Positions 16,848-26,659 of a DNA stretch of 64,000 bases are shown here, in pieces; position 1 is the first letter of the stretch; each line of letters starts with the position of its first letter. The notes beneath the pieces are model-generated. The model was not told where the DNA came from, did not search any database, and saw only the letters and a program-made list of their open reading frames with translations. The position numbers and the translations under genes were made by a program. Source of the DNA: an uncultured Pseudomonadota bacterium (lineage in GTDB: Bacteria > Oederibacteriota > Muellerivitia > Muellerivitales > Muellerivitaceae); the NCBI GenBank assembly GCA_963843375.1, contig CAWJKT010000011.1, forward strand, positions 224,001-288,000, written 5' to 3'.

Positions 16848-18032
16848 ATGAAAAAACTTCTAGTTCTTTTGATTCTCTTGTTGGGGCTCATAGTCCCATT
16901 GGCTTGTAGCGATAATAATTCCAACAAAGGAACCGGGCCAACCTTGCCAGGTGGAAGCGGAAGTGGAGGCGGGAGCGCAAGCGCCACACCCACATCGATT
17001 ATCGTATCAACTCCTGGAACGACGACTCCAATTCCGACAATGGCAATTAATACTCCAACTTTTTTACATAATTACGTAACTACTGCTGCTCCCAATGCGA
17101 TGGTTAATGTTGGAGGCAATATTACCGTTGTCGAAGGTGAAACTAAAGACGGCGGTGATGCAACGGCGTTTGGATCTTATACCGTTGGTGGGGGTGGAAG
17201 CCTTACCGGAGGTTATAATGGTAATGCGGTGGTTATTGGTATACCGACTCCTGGTTTACCCCCGCCCGGCTGGGCGGGTGTTACCCTTGCGATAACAATG
17301 CCTTTAGGAGTTGCTTATTCTTCTTATACCGGCACCTACGATATTCTGGATACTGTTCCGGGAAGCAGTGCGGCAACTTTTTATGAGGAAAACCCAAATG
17401 GTTGGCCTGGAGTTTATACAAACTATACAAGTAGTTATGAAAGTATCGTTCTCAATTCTCCAAAAGGTTTAGCCGCAGATCAACTTGGTAACCACTATGT
17501 TTCGGATACAACCAATGGATATATTGATGTTTTTGGCCCTCCTTGCGGTTGTGGTCCTCCTGTTGGTCCGCCGGTTTACCATCGGTGGAATGGATCCTCC
17601 TCAAAGTTTCCGTTCGTGCAACCCTATGCCCTTTTTTGCGACTCGAATAATAATTTGTGGGTAACAGACACTGGATATAAACCTTCAGTGGTTGAGGAGT
17701 TTCAACCCATTGGGCCGCTGGGAGATGGTGGCGCAACATTCATTGGGTCTTTCAGTGGATATCCCAATTGCGTTGCTGTTGCTGTAGCGGTGGACCAAAG
17801 CGCCAGTTGTAACGGTGTTGCGGGCCCATGTGTTTACGTTGCGGATTCGGGAAACAAGCAGGTTGAGGAATATACATCCACGGGTGTACTGCTGCGATAT
17901 TGGACGATTCCCACTAGTATGCACGAATTCCAAAACTTTAGTCCCGCTTCAATAGCTCTGATTGGAAATCCTGTTTCGAATATCATTGTGGGTGATGTGG
18001 GTAATGATGAACTTCAAGTCTTTGGGCCTTAA
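16848..18032 (+). CDS. Divergent NHL-repeat beta-propeller lipoprotein
   Basis: Lipobox VPLAC; Gly/Ser/Thr linker; LNSPKGLAADQLGNHYVSDT and VYVADSGNKQVEEY. Confidence 0.82.
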   Translation: MKKLLVLLILLLGLIVPLACSDNNSNKGTGPTLPGGSGSGGGSASATPTSIIVSTPGTTTPIPTMAINTPTFLHNYVTTAAPNAMVNVGGNITVVEGETKDGGDATAFGSYTVGGGGSLTGGYNGNAVVIGIPTPGLPPPGWAGVTLAITMPLGVAYSSYTGTYDILDTVPGSSAATFYEENPNGWPGVYTNYTSSYESIVLNSPKGLAADQLGNHYVSDTTNGYIDVFGPPCGCGPPVGPPVYHRWNGSSSKFPFVQPYALFCDSNNNLWVTDTGYKPSVVEEFQPIGPLGDGGATFIGSFSGYPNCVAVAVAVDQSASCNGVAGPCVYVADSGNKQVEEYTSTGVLLRYWTIPTSMHEFQNFSPASIALIGNPVSNIIVGDVGNDELQVFGP

Positions 18033-18059
18033 CAGATTTGATAGAAATATTTTTTTCTT

Positions 18060-18092
18060 AAAGCCCGGGGTTGAAAAACTCTGGGCTTTTTT
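18060..18092 (+). terminator. Intrinsic terminator closing the barrel/NHL cluster
   Basis: AAAGCCCGGGGTT-GAAA-AACTCTGGGCTTT followed by a T-run. Confidence 0.75.
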
Positions 18093-18098
18093 AATTGT

Positions 18099-18644
18099 GT
18101 GAGCATGAAAAAAAGATTTTTCTCTCATGAGGTGGCTATGGAAACGAATGACATTCCACTGGATGGACGGGAAAAGCAAGCTAAGGCCCTGTCGCTTTGG
18201 ATGAAGGGCTATCAGGCTCAAGTTGACGGGCAGGTTACCCAAGCCATCCAACTTTACAAAGAATCTTTAGGGTTTTTCCCGACCGCCGAAGCCCATACAT
18301 TCCTAGGTTGGGCTTATTCCCATCAGGGCGACTTCAACGAAGCCATCGAACAATGCCTGAGAGCCATTGATACGGACCCTTCTTTCGGTAACCCCTATAA
18401 CGACATTGGGGCTTATTTCATTGAACAAGGAAAATGGGAAGAAGCCATCCCCTGGCTGGAGAAAGCCGTGGAATCCCAGCGCTACGAACCCCGCCATTAT
18501 CCCCATTTCAATCTGGGTCGGGTTTACCTTCAGATGAGAAAAACAGATGAAGCGCTGGAGGAATTTAATAAAGCACTTGAGATACTTCCTGATTACACTC
18601 CCGCTCGCCGGATGATTTCTCAAATCAATAGTCGTTACAATTGA
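18099..18644 (+). CDS. Tetratricopeptide repeat protein (start probably ATG 18138)
   Basis: PTAEAHTFLGWAYS, DPSFGNPYNDIGAY and PHFNLGRVY TPR motifs. Confidence 0.88.
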   Translation: MSMKKRFFSHEVAMETNDIPLDGREKQAKALSLWMKGYQAQVDGQVTQAIQLYKESLGFFPTAEAHTFLGWAYSHQGDFNEAIEQCLRAIDTDPSFGNPYNDIGAYFIEQGKWEEAIPWLEKAVESQRYEPRHYPHFNLGRVYLQMRKTDEALEEFNKALEILPDYTPARRMISQINSRYN

Positions 18645-19019
18645 AGAGAACCGCGCCGAAATTCAAAAGTCATGGTTCGAGGTGTTTTTTCTGAAAATCC
18701 CCCGATGGGCTGGGATTTTTCATGATCTCGTTAATGCCTTATTCTGAGGCCGCAAAACAAAGTGGTTATTGAAGAATACTTAATTTTACAAGTGGACATT
18801 GACGCCACTGGTGCGGTAAAAAGGTGGACTTAGTCGGGAGCTTGGGTTACGGTTGTGACAAATCAGCTATCGCGGTTTAGGGCAATTCGGCTTTAGGCCC
18901 GCCATAGTCGATGATGAACCCTTATCGGCAGTAAACAAAGTTGTACCCATTTAATTTTGGCGAGGACAATCCCGAAGGGATGAACGGTCCTCCCGCGGAA
19001 TGAAACGAAAGGGACTTTC

Positions 19020-19766
19020 ATGAAGACTTCCTTGAAATGTTTTTCGGCCTTTCTTCTGCTATTCACCCTTTGGGCGTCCATAGCCCGAGCGGGCCAACAA
19101 GTTTACCTCTCGACTTCCCCCAACGACCGGTACCGTGTTTATGTAGAGCAGGTGATTGACCGCCGGGTCGGCGACCGTATTTTTTTCCGTTATCCCATGA
19201 TGTTGGTCAACGTCAGGCGCCCCGACCATCATTTTAAAATTATGGACGCCGGAACTCCCTTGATCCAGGAAACCGACCGCGGAACTTTTAAGGTGAAATG
19301 GAATGGGTCGGATCCCGCCCAGCCCACCTCGATTCATTTCGACTGGGCAGATGACAGCCTGAAGTTTTTCATCCGTTTGGAGGCCATTGAGGGTATTTGG
19401 AAAACCTATTTCGTGGACATCAACAGCGGGAAAACCACCGAGATCACCGCCGACCTGGAAAAAGCCCTGGTGGATGAAATCAAGGATGAGGACTGCCAGC
19501 AACCCAAGGTGGAATTGATCCAATGGACCAAACCCTACCTGGCCTTCATTAAATTGACCAGCATTTGCGGCGCGGAAAAGGACCAGCTCAACTCCAAGCT
19601 TTTCTACGAAAAAGCTTCCGTTCTTTTCGACACGGATAAGGGGCAGGTGGTTTCCAACTGCGTGAATTGCAAGGATTCCAAAACCCTCAAAGTATTCGAT
19701 CAGTATTACATTGGCACAATCCCCACCCCAACGCCTACTCCGGAAGAAACCCCAGTCGCCCAATAA
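19020..19766 (+). CDS. Hypothetical secreted protein with four Cys and a PTPTPTP tail
   Basis: Signal peptide ending ARA; coding-like codon usage. Confidence 0.75.
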   Translation: MKTSLKCFSAFLLLFTLWASIARAGQQVYLSTSPNDRYRVYVEQVIDRRVGDRIFFRYPMMLVNVRRPDHHFKIMDAGTPLIQETDRGTFKVKWNGSDPAQPTSIHFDWADDSLKFFIRLEAIEGIWKTYFVDINSGKTTEITADLEKALVDEIKDEDCQQPKVELIQWTKPYLAFIKLTSICGAEKDQLNSKLFYEKASVLFDTDKGQVVSNCVNCKDSKTLKVFDQYYIGTIPTPTPTPEETPVAQ

Positions 19767-19870
19767 TACTCCAGGGTCAAAAAGACCCTTTCGCCCGGAG
19801 TGAATTGTTTTTTCAAACCAACCGGCCTATCCTTCCTTTTGTGAAATTCTTCTACAGGCCCAAACCCTCC

Positions 19871-22228
19871 ATGAAGAACTTATTTTTTCTCGTTAAGGAT
19901 TTTTTTACCATGGGGTTGATTCCTTCCGTGGCCTTCGGCTTTACATTGTCGGGAAAGATCCTGGAAAAAGGGACCAAAGTCCCAATTCCCGGAGCTAGCC
20001 TGTATCTGGAATCGGTTGAGAATAGTCCACAAACAACCACCCCGATTCCAACTCCCCTGAACTTTTTTTTGCCAACACCCACGGGATCGGTGACATCTTT
20101 GGTTTCTCCTGTTAGCAGGGGTGCGGCTTCTCCTCCTTTTTTTTCCGCTGACGCGGATTTAAAAGGGAACTACGGCATATCCGTTCCCCCGGGAGCTTAC
20201 CGGTTGGTGGTGGCGGGAGAGGGTTATGTGAAAATTTCTCTTCCTTCCTTCGGGGTTCATGGGGATATTCGAAAGAATTTTTACCTCCAGCGGGAGGGCT
20301 TCACCCTGCCGGAAGTGGTGGTATCCGCCTCCAAGGAATCGAATAGTGAAGTGAGCCATGAGGTTTTATCCAAGGAAGAGCTAACATCGGTGGCCGGAAG
20401 CGTGGGGGACGTGATGCGGGCTGTCCAAGCTCTTCCGGGTGTCATCAACGCGGGCGTAGAGTACGGAGGGCTTTTGGTACGGGGCACCGGCCCTGACGAC
20501 AGCCTATACCTGGTAGACCGCATTCCGATCCCCTTTCCTTTTCATTTCGGTGGCGCCATTTCCACCTTGGACTCCTCCCTGATCAAAGATCTGGATTTTA
20601 TGGCAGGCGGATTCGGCCCCCAATATGGCAATGTCATGGGAGGTGTGGTGGACACGGATGAAAGAGACCCCCGGTCGGACCGTTGGGGTATCCGGGCGGA
20701 TGTCAATCTGCTCATGTCGGAGGCCGAAATCGAGGGACCGGTTACTTCCGATAGTTCGCTGGTCATTGCTGGGAGGCGAAGCTATCTGGATCTCCTCATT
20801 GGTAGTCTCAGCAACAACAGTTTCACAGCTGTTCCGGTTTTCGGCGATTACCAGGTGAAATACAGTTATAACCCATCCCCCACCGTTCATTGGGACTTCG
20901 ATGCCTTCGGAAGCACGGATAAAGTCGGCGTCAACGTCAACGGGGACAACGCCGAGCAAGATCCAGTTTTAGGCGGGAACTTTAACTTCCAAGACGGCTA
21001 CGCCGGCCAGGGGATCAACTTCCGGGACGTCACCGGCTCCCAAGACCGCTTTTGGAACACCCTTTACCATTTCAATTCCTTCCTGAATGAAAGCTTTGGG
21101 AGTGGCCTTTACTTGGATACCACCCTAGAGGATTTCGGGGACTGGTTCACCTGGAAGCATGATTTTGACCCGGAGTCCCAACTCGAAGCTGGATTTCAAT
21201 CCGACATCCTCATCAACGGGACCAACGCCTATTTCGTGATCTTTCCAACCGAGTACGACCCGAACTTCACCGCGACAGCCGCCAACAAGGTCAGCGCCAA
21301 TGATTCCAACACTTCCGGCGACTTGGGGGCTTACTTCAACGAGAAGTTCAAATGGTTCGATCGCAAGTTGGAGCTATCCATCGGAGCCCGGATGGATTAT
21401 CTCACGACCGATTCCAAGACCGCCTTGGCCCCCCGGGTTTCAGCGGCTTACTTTTTATCCGGCCAGACGACGCTTACGGCCTCTTATGGCTATTACGACG
21501 AGGCCCCCAGTCGTATCGAGGGTAACACTTATCTGGATCCAAGCCTGGGGAACCCCCATTTGGGTCCCGAACAATCCATCTCGACGGTCCTGGGCATTGA
21601 ACAGAAATTGGAGAAGGGCTTGGACTTTCGCGTGGAAGGTTATGAAAAAGACTTTTCCCAATTGATCGTCTATGATCCATCCTTGAACTACAGCAATGCG
21701 GGGACGGGCACCGCGCGGGGAATGGAGATATTCATAAGAAAGGAGCCGACCGACCGGTTTTTTGGCTGGATATCCTATTCGCTCAGTCAATCGCTTCGGC
21801 AAGATGGGGCCGGACTTCCCACTTATGTTTACGACTTCGATGAGCCCGATGTCCTGACAGTGGTGGCCAATTACAAATTGAACCCAGGCTGGGACGCTGG
21901 GTTTAAATGGCTTTATTCCTCGGGTTTGCCCTACACTCCCGTGATCTTGGGCAATGCCGCCGTCACCACCATCGGAGCGGATACCTATTACATTCCCTCG
22001 ACCGGTTCGGTTAATTCGGCCAGGCTGCCGGACTATGGGCGCCTGGATATTTCCACCTCCTTCAAGACGGTTTACGACACTTGGGAATGGCGCGTGTATT
22101 TTGACATCATCAACGTTCTCAACAGTAAAGACGTTTTGGGGTACCAGTACAACAGTGACTATACACAGGAAAGCGAGGTTCTGGACCTACCTTTCCTGCC
22201 TTATATCGGTTTCGAGGCGAAGTACTAA
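19871..22228 (+). CDS. TonB-dependent receptor with N-terminal carboxypeptidase-regulatory-like domain
   Basis: LSGKILEKGTKVPIPGA; TonB-box-like LPEVVVSA; plug GDVMRAVQALPGV...LLVRG...HFGG; barrel ending IGFEAKY. Confidence 0.9.
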   Translation: MKNLFFLVKDFFTMGLIPSVAFGFTLSGKILEKGTKVPIPGASLYLESVENSPQTTTPIPTPLNFFLPTPTGSVTSLVSPVSRGAASPPFFSADADLKGNYGISVPPGAYRLVVAGEGYVKISLPSFGVHGDIRKNFYLQREGFTLPEVVVSASKESNSEVSHEVLSKEELTSVAGSVGDVMRAVQALPGVINAGVEYGGLLVRGTGPDDSLYLVDRIPIPFPFHFGGAISTLDSSLIKDLDFMAGGFGPQYGNVMGGVVDTDERDPRSDRWGIRADVNLLMSEAEIEGPVTSDSSLVIAGRRSYLDLLIGSLSNNSFTAVPVFGDYQVKYSYNPSPTVHWDFDAFGSTDKVGVNVNGDNAEQDPVLGGNFNFQDGYAGQGINFRDVTGSQDRFWNTLYHFNSFLNESFGSGLYLDTTLEDFGDWFTWKHDFDPESQLEAGFQSDILINGTNAYFVIFPTEYDPNFTATAANKVSANDSNTSGDLGAYFNEKFKWFDRKLELSIGARMDYLTTDSKTALAPRVSAAYFLSGQTTLTASYGYYDEAPSRIEGNTYLDPSLGNPHLGPEQSISTVLGIEQKLEKGLDFRVEGYEKDFSQLIVYDPSLNYSNAGTGTARGMEIFIRKEPTDRFFGWISYSLSQSLRQDGAGLPTYVYDFDEPDVLTVVANYKLNPGWDAGFKWLYSSGLPYTPVILGNAAVTTIGADTYYIPSTGSVNSARLPDYGRLDISTSFKTVYDTWEWRVYFDIINVLNSKDVLGYQYNSDYTQESEVLDLPFLPYIGFEAKY

Positions 22229-22361
22229 AGGCATACCTAATAGGGATTTTGGTCCATTCAGGAAATCCAATTTCTTCCGTTAGGTTATCCAAAGGTGAAG
22301 GATGCGGACGGAATTTCCCCCATCCAACTTTTGGTCTTAAAAATCCTTTCGATAGGGCATT

Positions 22362-22410
22362 AGGGCGCGATACCCGGCGGCCAACCCCGGGTTCCGCGCC
22401 TTTCTTTTTT
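22362..22410 (+). terminator. Terminator-like hairpin shortly upstream of the GT-C gene
   Basis: GGCGCG-ATACCCGG...CCGGGT-TC-CGCGCC followed by TTTCTTTTTTT. Confidence 0.55.
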
Positions 22411-22435
22411 GGGTGAGGGCTTTTAAAATAGCCCC

Positions 22436-24127
22436 GTGACATCCCCCTCATATTCCAAGCCGTTTTTTCTGTTTCTTTTTTTTGCAGCACTCTTTTCATT
22501 CCAAGTCATTCCGCCATTAATCAACGATTCGTTGACCAACGACGAACCCACGGATATCGCCAATGGCTATTATTATTGGACGCAGGGGGACGTGGTGACG
22601 CCCCATAACCACCCGCCCCTGGGGTGCGCCTTTCAGGCATTTCCGCTTCTTTTGATGGGCTTGAAGACCCTGCCTTACTCGGGCGATGTCATCGACCGGG
22701 GACATTTTTTCATCTTCCAATGGAACCTGAACCGATTGGAAACCCTCACCCTGGCCGCCCGTTCGGTCAGCTGGCTGCTGGGTTTAGCCGTTGGACTGGC
22801 GCTTTGGCGTGTCACTCGGGAAAAAATGGTTTTATGCGCGGCGGTTCTCTTCTTTTGGGCCTTGGATCCCGCCTTTTGCGCACTCTCGGGGCTGGCCAAA
22901 ACGGACATTGCCCCCACCCTTTTCTTTTTCCTGGCAGTAATGGCCTTTGAACAGGCCCAAAGAAAGCCTTCCCCGTTTCATTCCATCGCCGCAGGAGCCC
23001 TCGTCGGGCTCGCGGTTAATGCAAAATTTTACTGCCTGGTTTTGTTACCGGTATTCCTCATCCTGGAAATTTTGTTTTATTACCGGAAAGAGAACCTGCT
23101 GTTTTTAAAAGAGCGAAGAATGGAAATCAGGGACCGGTGGATAAATGGGACGGGCTGTTTTTTCACGGTCACTTTCCTGGTCTTCCTTCCTGCCAGCCTG
23201 CTCTTACCCGACCATCACCAGCCTTTTTATTATGTCATACAAAAGTTCAAGGAAGACTTGGCTTTCGCTCGAAATCCCTTTCCGGTATTCTTCCTGGGGA
23301 ACAGCGGGTTAGACAGCCATTGGTATTATCTGCCGGTGGCTTTTATATTGAAGGAGCCCTTGTCCTTTCTTTTCTTTTTGGCGGCCGCTTCTGGGTTGGC
23401 ATTCAGGGGCAGGATTCAATTTCCATCCTGGATATGGGTCCCGCCCTTGGTGTTTTTTCTGGCCCTTTTGCCCTCCTTGAACCTGGGAGTGCGTTATCTA
23501 CTTCCGGCATTTCCTTTTTTATTCCTGATTGCCGGGGAAGGAGCGGTTTGGTCATGGAGTAACGTCTCAGGAAAAGGCTGCGGAAAACTTTGGCGTGTGG
23601 TGACAATTTTTTTGGCTTTTTGGCAAATCGGAAGCGTGGCTTGGAATGATCCCCACTTGATCAGCTATTTCAATGAATTGGTTCCAACCGATAAAAAAAT
23701 CCATTACCTGGCGGATTCCAATTTGGATTGGGGGCAGGATCAAAAAAGGCTTGCTGAAACCGCCCGACAGAGGAGTTGGCCAAAAGTCCATCTGGCCTAT
23801 TTTGGGGGCATCGATCCCCAGGTTTACGGATTGGACTGGCAGCCTTGGATGGCAAGTGATTTGGAAGGGCCTCAACCCGGAACGGTTTACGCCATTAACG
23901 CCAGTTTTCTGCAATTGGCACCCATGGCTTATCCTTCCGCCCGCCCCATCGCCACCGGTTGGATCGCGGAGAGGGCCCCGACGGGGAAAGTGGGGGACAG
24001 CTGGTATTATTTCGAAATTCCCGGAAAGTCCCTCAAAAAAGCGAATGACCGGATGCTGGCCTCGGTTCCTTTCTTGCAGTATCGGGGCTATACATCCTAT
24101 CCTCCGGATTTCGTCTCAACCCATTAG
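22436..24127 (+). CDS. GT-C fold membrane glycosyltransferase (ArnT/PMT_2-like)
   Basis: First-loop TNDE, NHPPL, LAKTD, AKF, GVRYLLP and LADSNLDWGQD; about 11 TM segments. Confidence 0.85.
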   Translation: MTSPSYSKPFFLFLFFAALFSFQVIPPLINDSLTNDEPTDIANGYYYWTQGDVVTPHNHPPLGCAFQAFPLLLMGLKTLPYSGDVIDRGHFFIFQWNLNRLETLTLAARSVSWLLGLAVGLALWRVTREKMVLCAAVLFFWALDPAFCALSGLAKTDIAPTLFFFLAVMAFEQAQRKPSPFHSIAAGALVGLAVNAKFYCLVLLPVFLILEILFYYRKENLLFLKERRMEIRDRWINGTGCFFTVTFLVFLPASLLLPDHHQPFYYVIQKFKEDLAFARNPFPVFFLGNSGLDSHWYYLPVAFILKEPLSFLFFLAAASGLAFRGRIQFPSWIWVPPLVFFLALLPSLNLGVRYLLPAFPFLFLIAGEGAVWSWSNVSGKGCGKLWRVVTIFLAFWQIGSVAWNDPHLISYFNELVPTDKKIHYLADSNLDWGQDQKRLAETARQRSWPKVHLAYFGGIDPQVYGLDWQPWMASDLEGPQPGTVYAINASFLQLAPMAYPSARPIATGWIAERAPTGKVGDSWYYFEIPGKSLKKANDRMLASVPFLQYRGYTSYPPDFVSTH

Positions 24128-24136
24128 AAGTCCCAT

Positions 24137-24991
24137 TTATTTTTGTTTGATGAGGTTATTCCAGGCAAAATGTCCATTCTTGTCCAGAAATGGAATTTTG
24201 AAAAGTTCCCACAAAGCCAAATATTTTGAGTCGCGAAATAATTCCAGGCCTAATTTCATTTTTTCTTGCCCGTCCTGGGGATGGGGACGGTAAGTCAAAA
24301 AGAGCCTGTCCCAAAAAGAAAAAATGAACCCAAAATCGCTGTTGGTTTCCACAGGAAGGGTTGAATGGTGGATACGGTGCATTTCGGGGGTCACGAAAAC
24401 CAGCCGGATCGATTTTTCCAAAAGCGCCGGGAGCCGAGTATTGGAATGGTTAAAGAGGTTGGAAGCGTTCAAAATTAGCTCATACATTAGAATTCCCGCG
24501 GCCGGTGCGCCCAATAACAAAACAACCAATGTTTTAATAAAGTGCATAATCAATATTTCCAGGGTGTGAAAGCGGGTTCCGGTGGTGACATCCACCTCCA
24601 AGTCGGCGTGGTGCATCCGGTGTATTTTCCAAAGCAAGGGAACGTAATGAAGAAGGCGATGCTGGTAATAAATCATCCAGTCCACCACGATCACCGTAAA
24701 GCAAACGGAAAAGCCAGGAGGCACTTCCACCCATTGAAAAAGGCCGAAACGGCTTCGAATGGCGGCTTGGGTTACCCCGAGGACAGCTCCGGAGAAAAAG
24801 ACCCGGATAAAAAAATGGTTAAAACATCCCAAGCCCAGGTTATTGGGCCACCGCAGGACGGTGGGAATGGATTCCTTCCGGCGCGGCCCCCATTGTTCCC
24901 ATAAAGCCAGCAGAATAAAGACGGCAAAAAAACAATAAAGCCGGACATTTTGTTCATAATTGACCAGGTTCATCAAATTTAAATGGAACAT
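24137..24991 (-). CDS. Sterol desaturase / fatty acid hydroxylase family protein
   Basis: His boxes HRLLH, HRMHH, FNHSN and HRIHH. Confidence 0.92.
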   Translation of the reverse strand: MFHLNLMNLVNYEQNVRLYCFFAVFILLALWEQWGPRRKESIPTVLRWPNNLGLGCFNHFFIRVFFSGAVLGVTQAAIRSRFGLFQWVEVPPGFSVCFTVIVVDWMIYYQHRLLHYVPLLWKIHRMHHADLEVDVTTGTRFHTLEILIMHFIKTLVVLLLGAPAAGILMYELILNASNLFNHSNTRLPALLEKSIRLVFVTPEMHRIHHSTLPVETNSDFGFIFSFWDRLFLTYRPHPQDGQEKMKLGLELFRDSKYLALWELFKIPFLDKNGHFAWNNLIKQK

Positions 24992-25147
24992 TACCTCACC
25001 CCTGCAGACTCGAGTTTCCCGAGTATATCGTAATTCCTTGGTTTAGGAACCTGATCCTTTCGAGTGGAAAAAAAACCAGGAAAACATCAGAATGGAAACA
25101 TATTCCCGGATTCGAAAACTTAAAAAAATTAAAAAGATGAGGGCCCA

Positions 25148-25792
25148 TTGTTTCAAAAAGAATACTGGGAAAGAAAAGCGCTGGATCATCGACGGCCCCC
25201 CGACCATCCGGTTGTACGGCAATATGTGGTCCCCAAGATTGAATTTATTAGCCAGACCGTTCCCTTGACCCCTTCCACGCGACTTTTGGACGTGGGTTGC
25301 GGCAACGGTTTTTTTTCTTATTATTTCAATCAAACCTGTGAAGTCGTGGGAGTGGATTTTTCCCAAAAGATGCTGGCTATGAACCCGATTACGCGGAAAT
25401 TGGTAATGGACGCGTCTCATTTGACCTTCCAGGATTTTGCCTTCCAGGTGGTCTTCTGCCACGCCCTATTGCACCATGTGGAGAATATCGACGCCGTGCT
25501 CAGGGAAATGCGCCGGGTTTCGAGTAAGTATGTGGTGGTTCTTGAACCGAACCGGAACAATCCCTTGATGTACCTTTTTTCCTCCCTGGTGAAGGAAGAA
25601 CGCAAGGCCCTGGAGTTTTCCATGGATTATTTAAAAAAGAAAATGTCCTCCCACGGCCTGAAGGTTGTGGCTTCCGGCTCCCATGGAATGACGGTGCCGA
25701 ACAAGACACCTGCTTTTTTATTGCCCCTCGTCAGGCTTCTCGATTTCAACCAACCCCTTGGAATGACGAACATCCTCGTCGCAGAAAGATAA
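25148..25792 (+). CDS. Class I SAM-dependent methyltransferase
   Basis: LLDVGCGNG, VVGVDFS and LLHHV...LREMRRVS. Confidence 0.9.
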   Translation: MFQKEYWERKALDHRRPPDHPVVRQYVVPKIEFISQTVPLTPSTRLLDVGCGNGFFSYYFNQTCEVVGVDFSQKMLAMNPITRKLVMDASHLTFQDFAFQVVFCHALLHHVENIDAVLREMRRVSSKYVVVLEPNRNNPLMYLFSSLVKEERKALEFSMDYLKKKMSSHGLKVVASGSHGMTVPNKTPAFLLPLVRLLDFNQPLGMTNILVAER

Positions 25793-25820
25793 AAACCTTT
25801 TTTATCGAAAGGCTCGGGAA

Positions 25821-26492
25821 CTAAGTCCGGGGGTGTTTGGTTTCGATGCGATGGAGGAGTTCCCTCAAGGTGATATCCCCCATGGACTCGATCCGTTCGT
25901 TGGCGTGGTCCAAGGGAAGGGTTCTTGTCACGGGGTTAGGCACAGCCACGCAATAAACCCCCGCAGCCCGGGCGGCTGTGACCCCGTTGGGGGAATCCTC
26001 AAAGGCGAGGGCCCGGCCGGGGTCGACCCCCATAAAGGTCAGGGTGAGTTCATATAATTCTGGATGGGGTTTGACGTTTTGGACGTCGTCGGCAGTTCGG
26101 ATGGAATGAAAGCACTCCGCCAGGTTCAATCGGGAAAGGTGCTCCATCACCCATTTCTGGTCGGAACTGGAAGCCAGGGCGAGGGCAATCCTTTGGCGCT
26201 GGGCTTCCTTGAGATATTCGATGACGCCTTCGCGGGGTTTCAAATCTTTGATCAGTTCCCGCTCCCGCTCCTTGTATACCCGCTTCAGTTGCTGACGGTC
26301 CAGTTTGAGCCCCACCTGGGTTTCCAGATGTTCGTAAACGTCGAAAGCATGGTGGGAGGTGCCGATACAGCGCGCCCAAATTTCCAAAGGAAGTTCCGCC
26401 CCAAAGGAATGGTAAATTTCTGTCCAGTTTTGGAAGGCGGAACTCTCCGTATCGAGGATGAGTCCGTCAAAATCGAAAATAAGAAGGTCCAT
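25821..26492 (-). CDS. HAD family hydrolase (beta-PGM/CbbY-like)
   Basis: IFDFDGLILDTE, ASSS, KPHP and FEDSPNG. Confidence 0.93.
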   Translation of the reverse strand: MDLLIFDFDGLILDTESSAFQNWTEIYHSFGAELPLEIWARCIGTSHHAFDVYEHLETQVGLKLDRQQLKRVYKERERELIKDLKPREGVIEYLKEAQRQRIALALASSSDQKWVMEHLSRLNLAECFHSIRTADDVQNVKPHPELYELTLTFMGVDPGRALAFEDSPNGVTAARAAGVYCVAVPNPVTRTLPLDHANERIESMGDITLRELLHRIETKHPRT

Positions 26493-26501
26493 TCGAACCT
26501 C

Positions 26502-26611
26502 AGGTTTAAGTTCTAGATTTTTAATTTGAAGTTAAAGAAGTTTTCCATTGTTTCTTTAAAACACGGGAAAACGGTCCATAACTTAACACTCAAAATTCAA
26601 AACTCAAAACT
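26502..26611. repeat. Inverted pair of degenerate heptamer arrays
   Basis: AGGTTTA AGTTCTA GATTTTT AATTTGA AGTT ... AACTTAA CACTCAA AATTCAA AACTCAA AACT. Confidence 0.55.
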
Positions 26612-26659
26612 TTTCTTTAGGTTTGGTTTACACTATTAACGAATAAGCGAGGTCTTGGG

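Noticed and set aside
22362..22410. Long GC hairpin considered as SRP RNA or another ncRNA
   Set aside because: It lacks the SRP domain IV consensus; the T-run fits a terminator.
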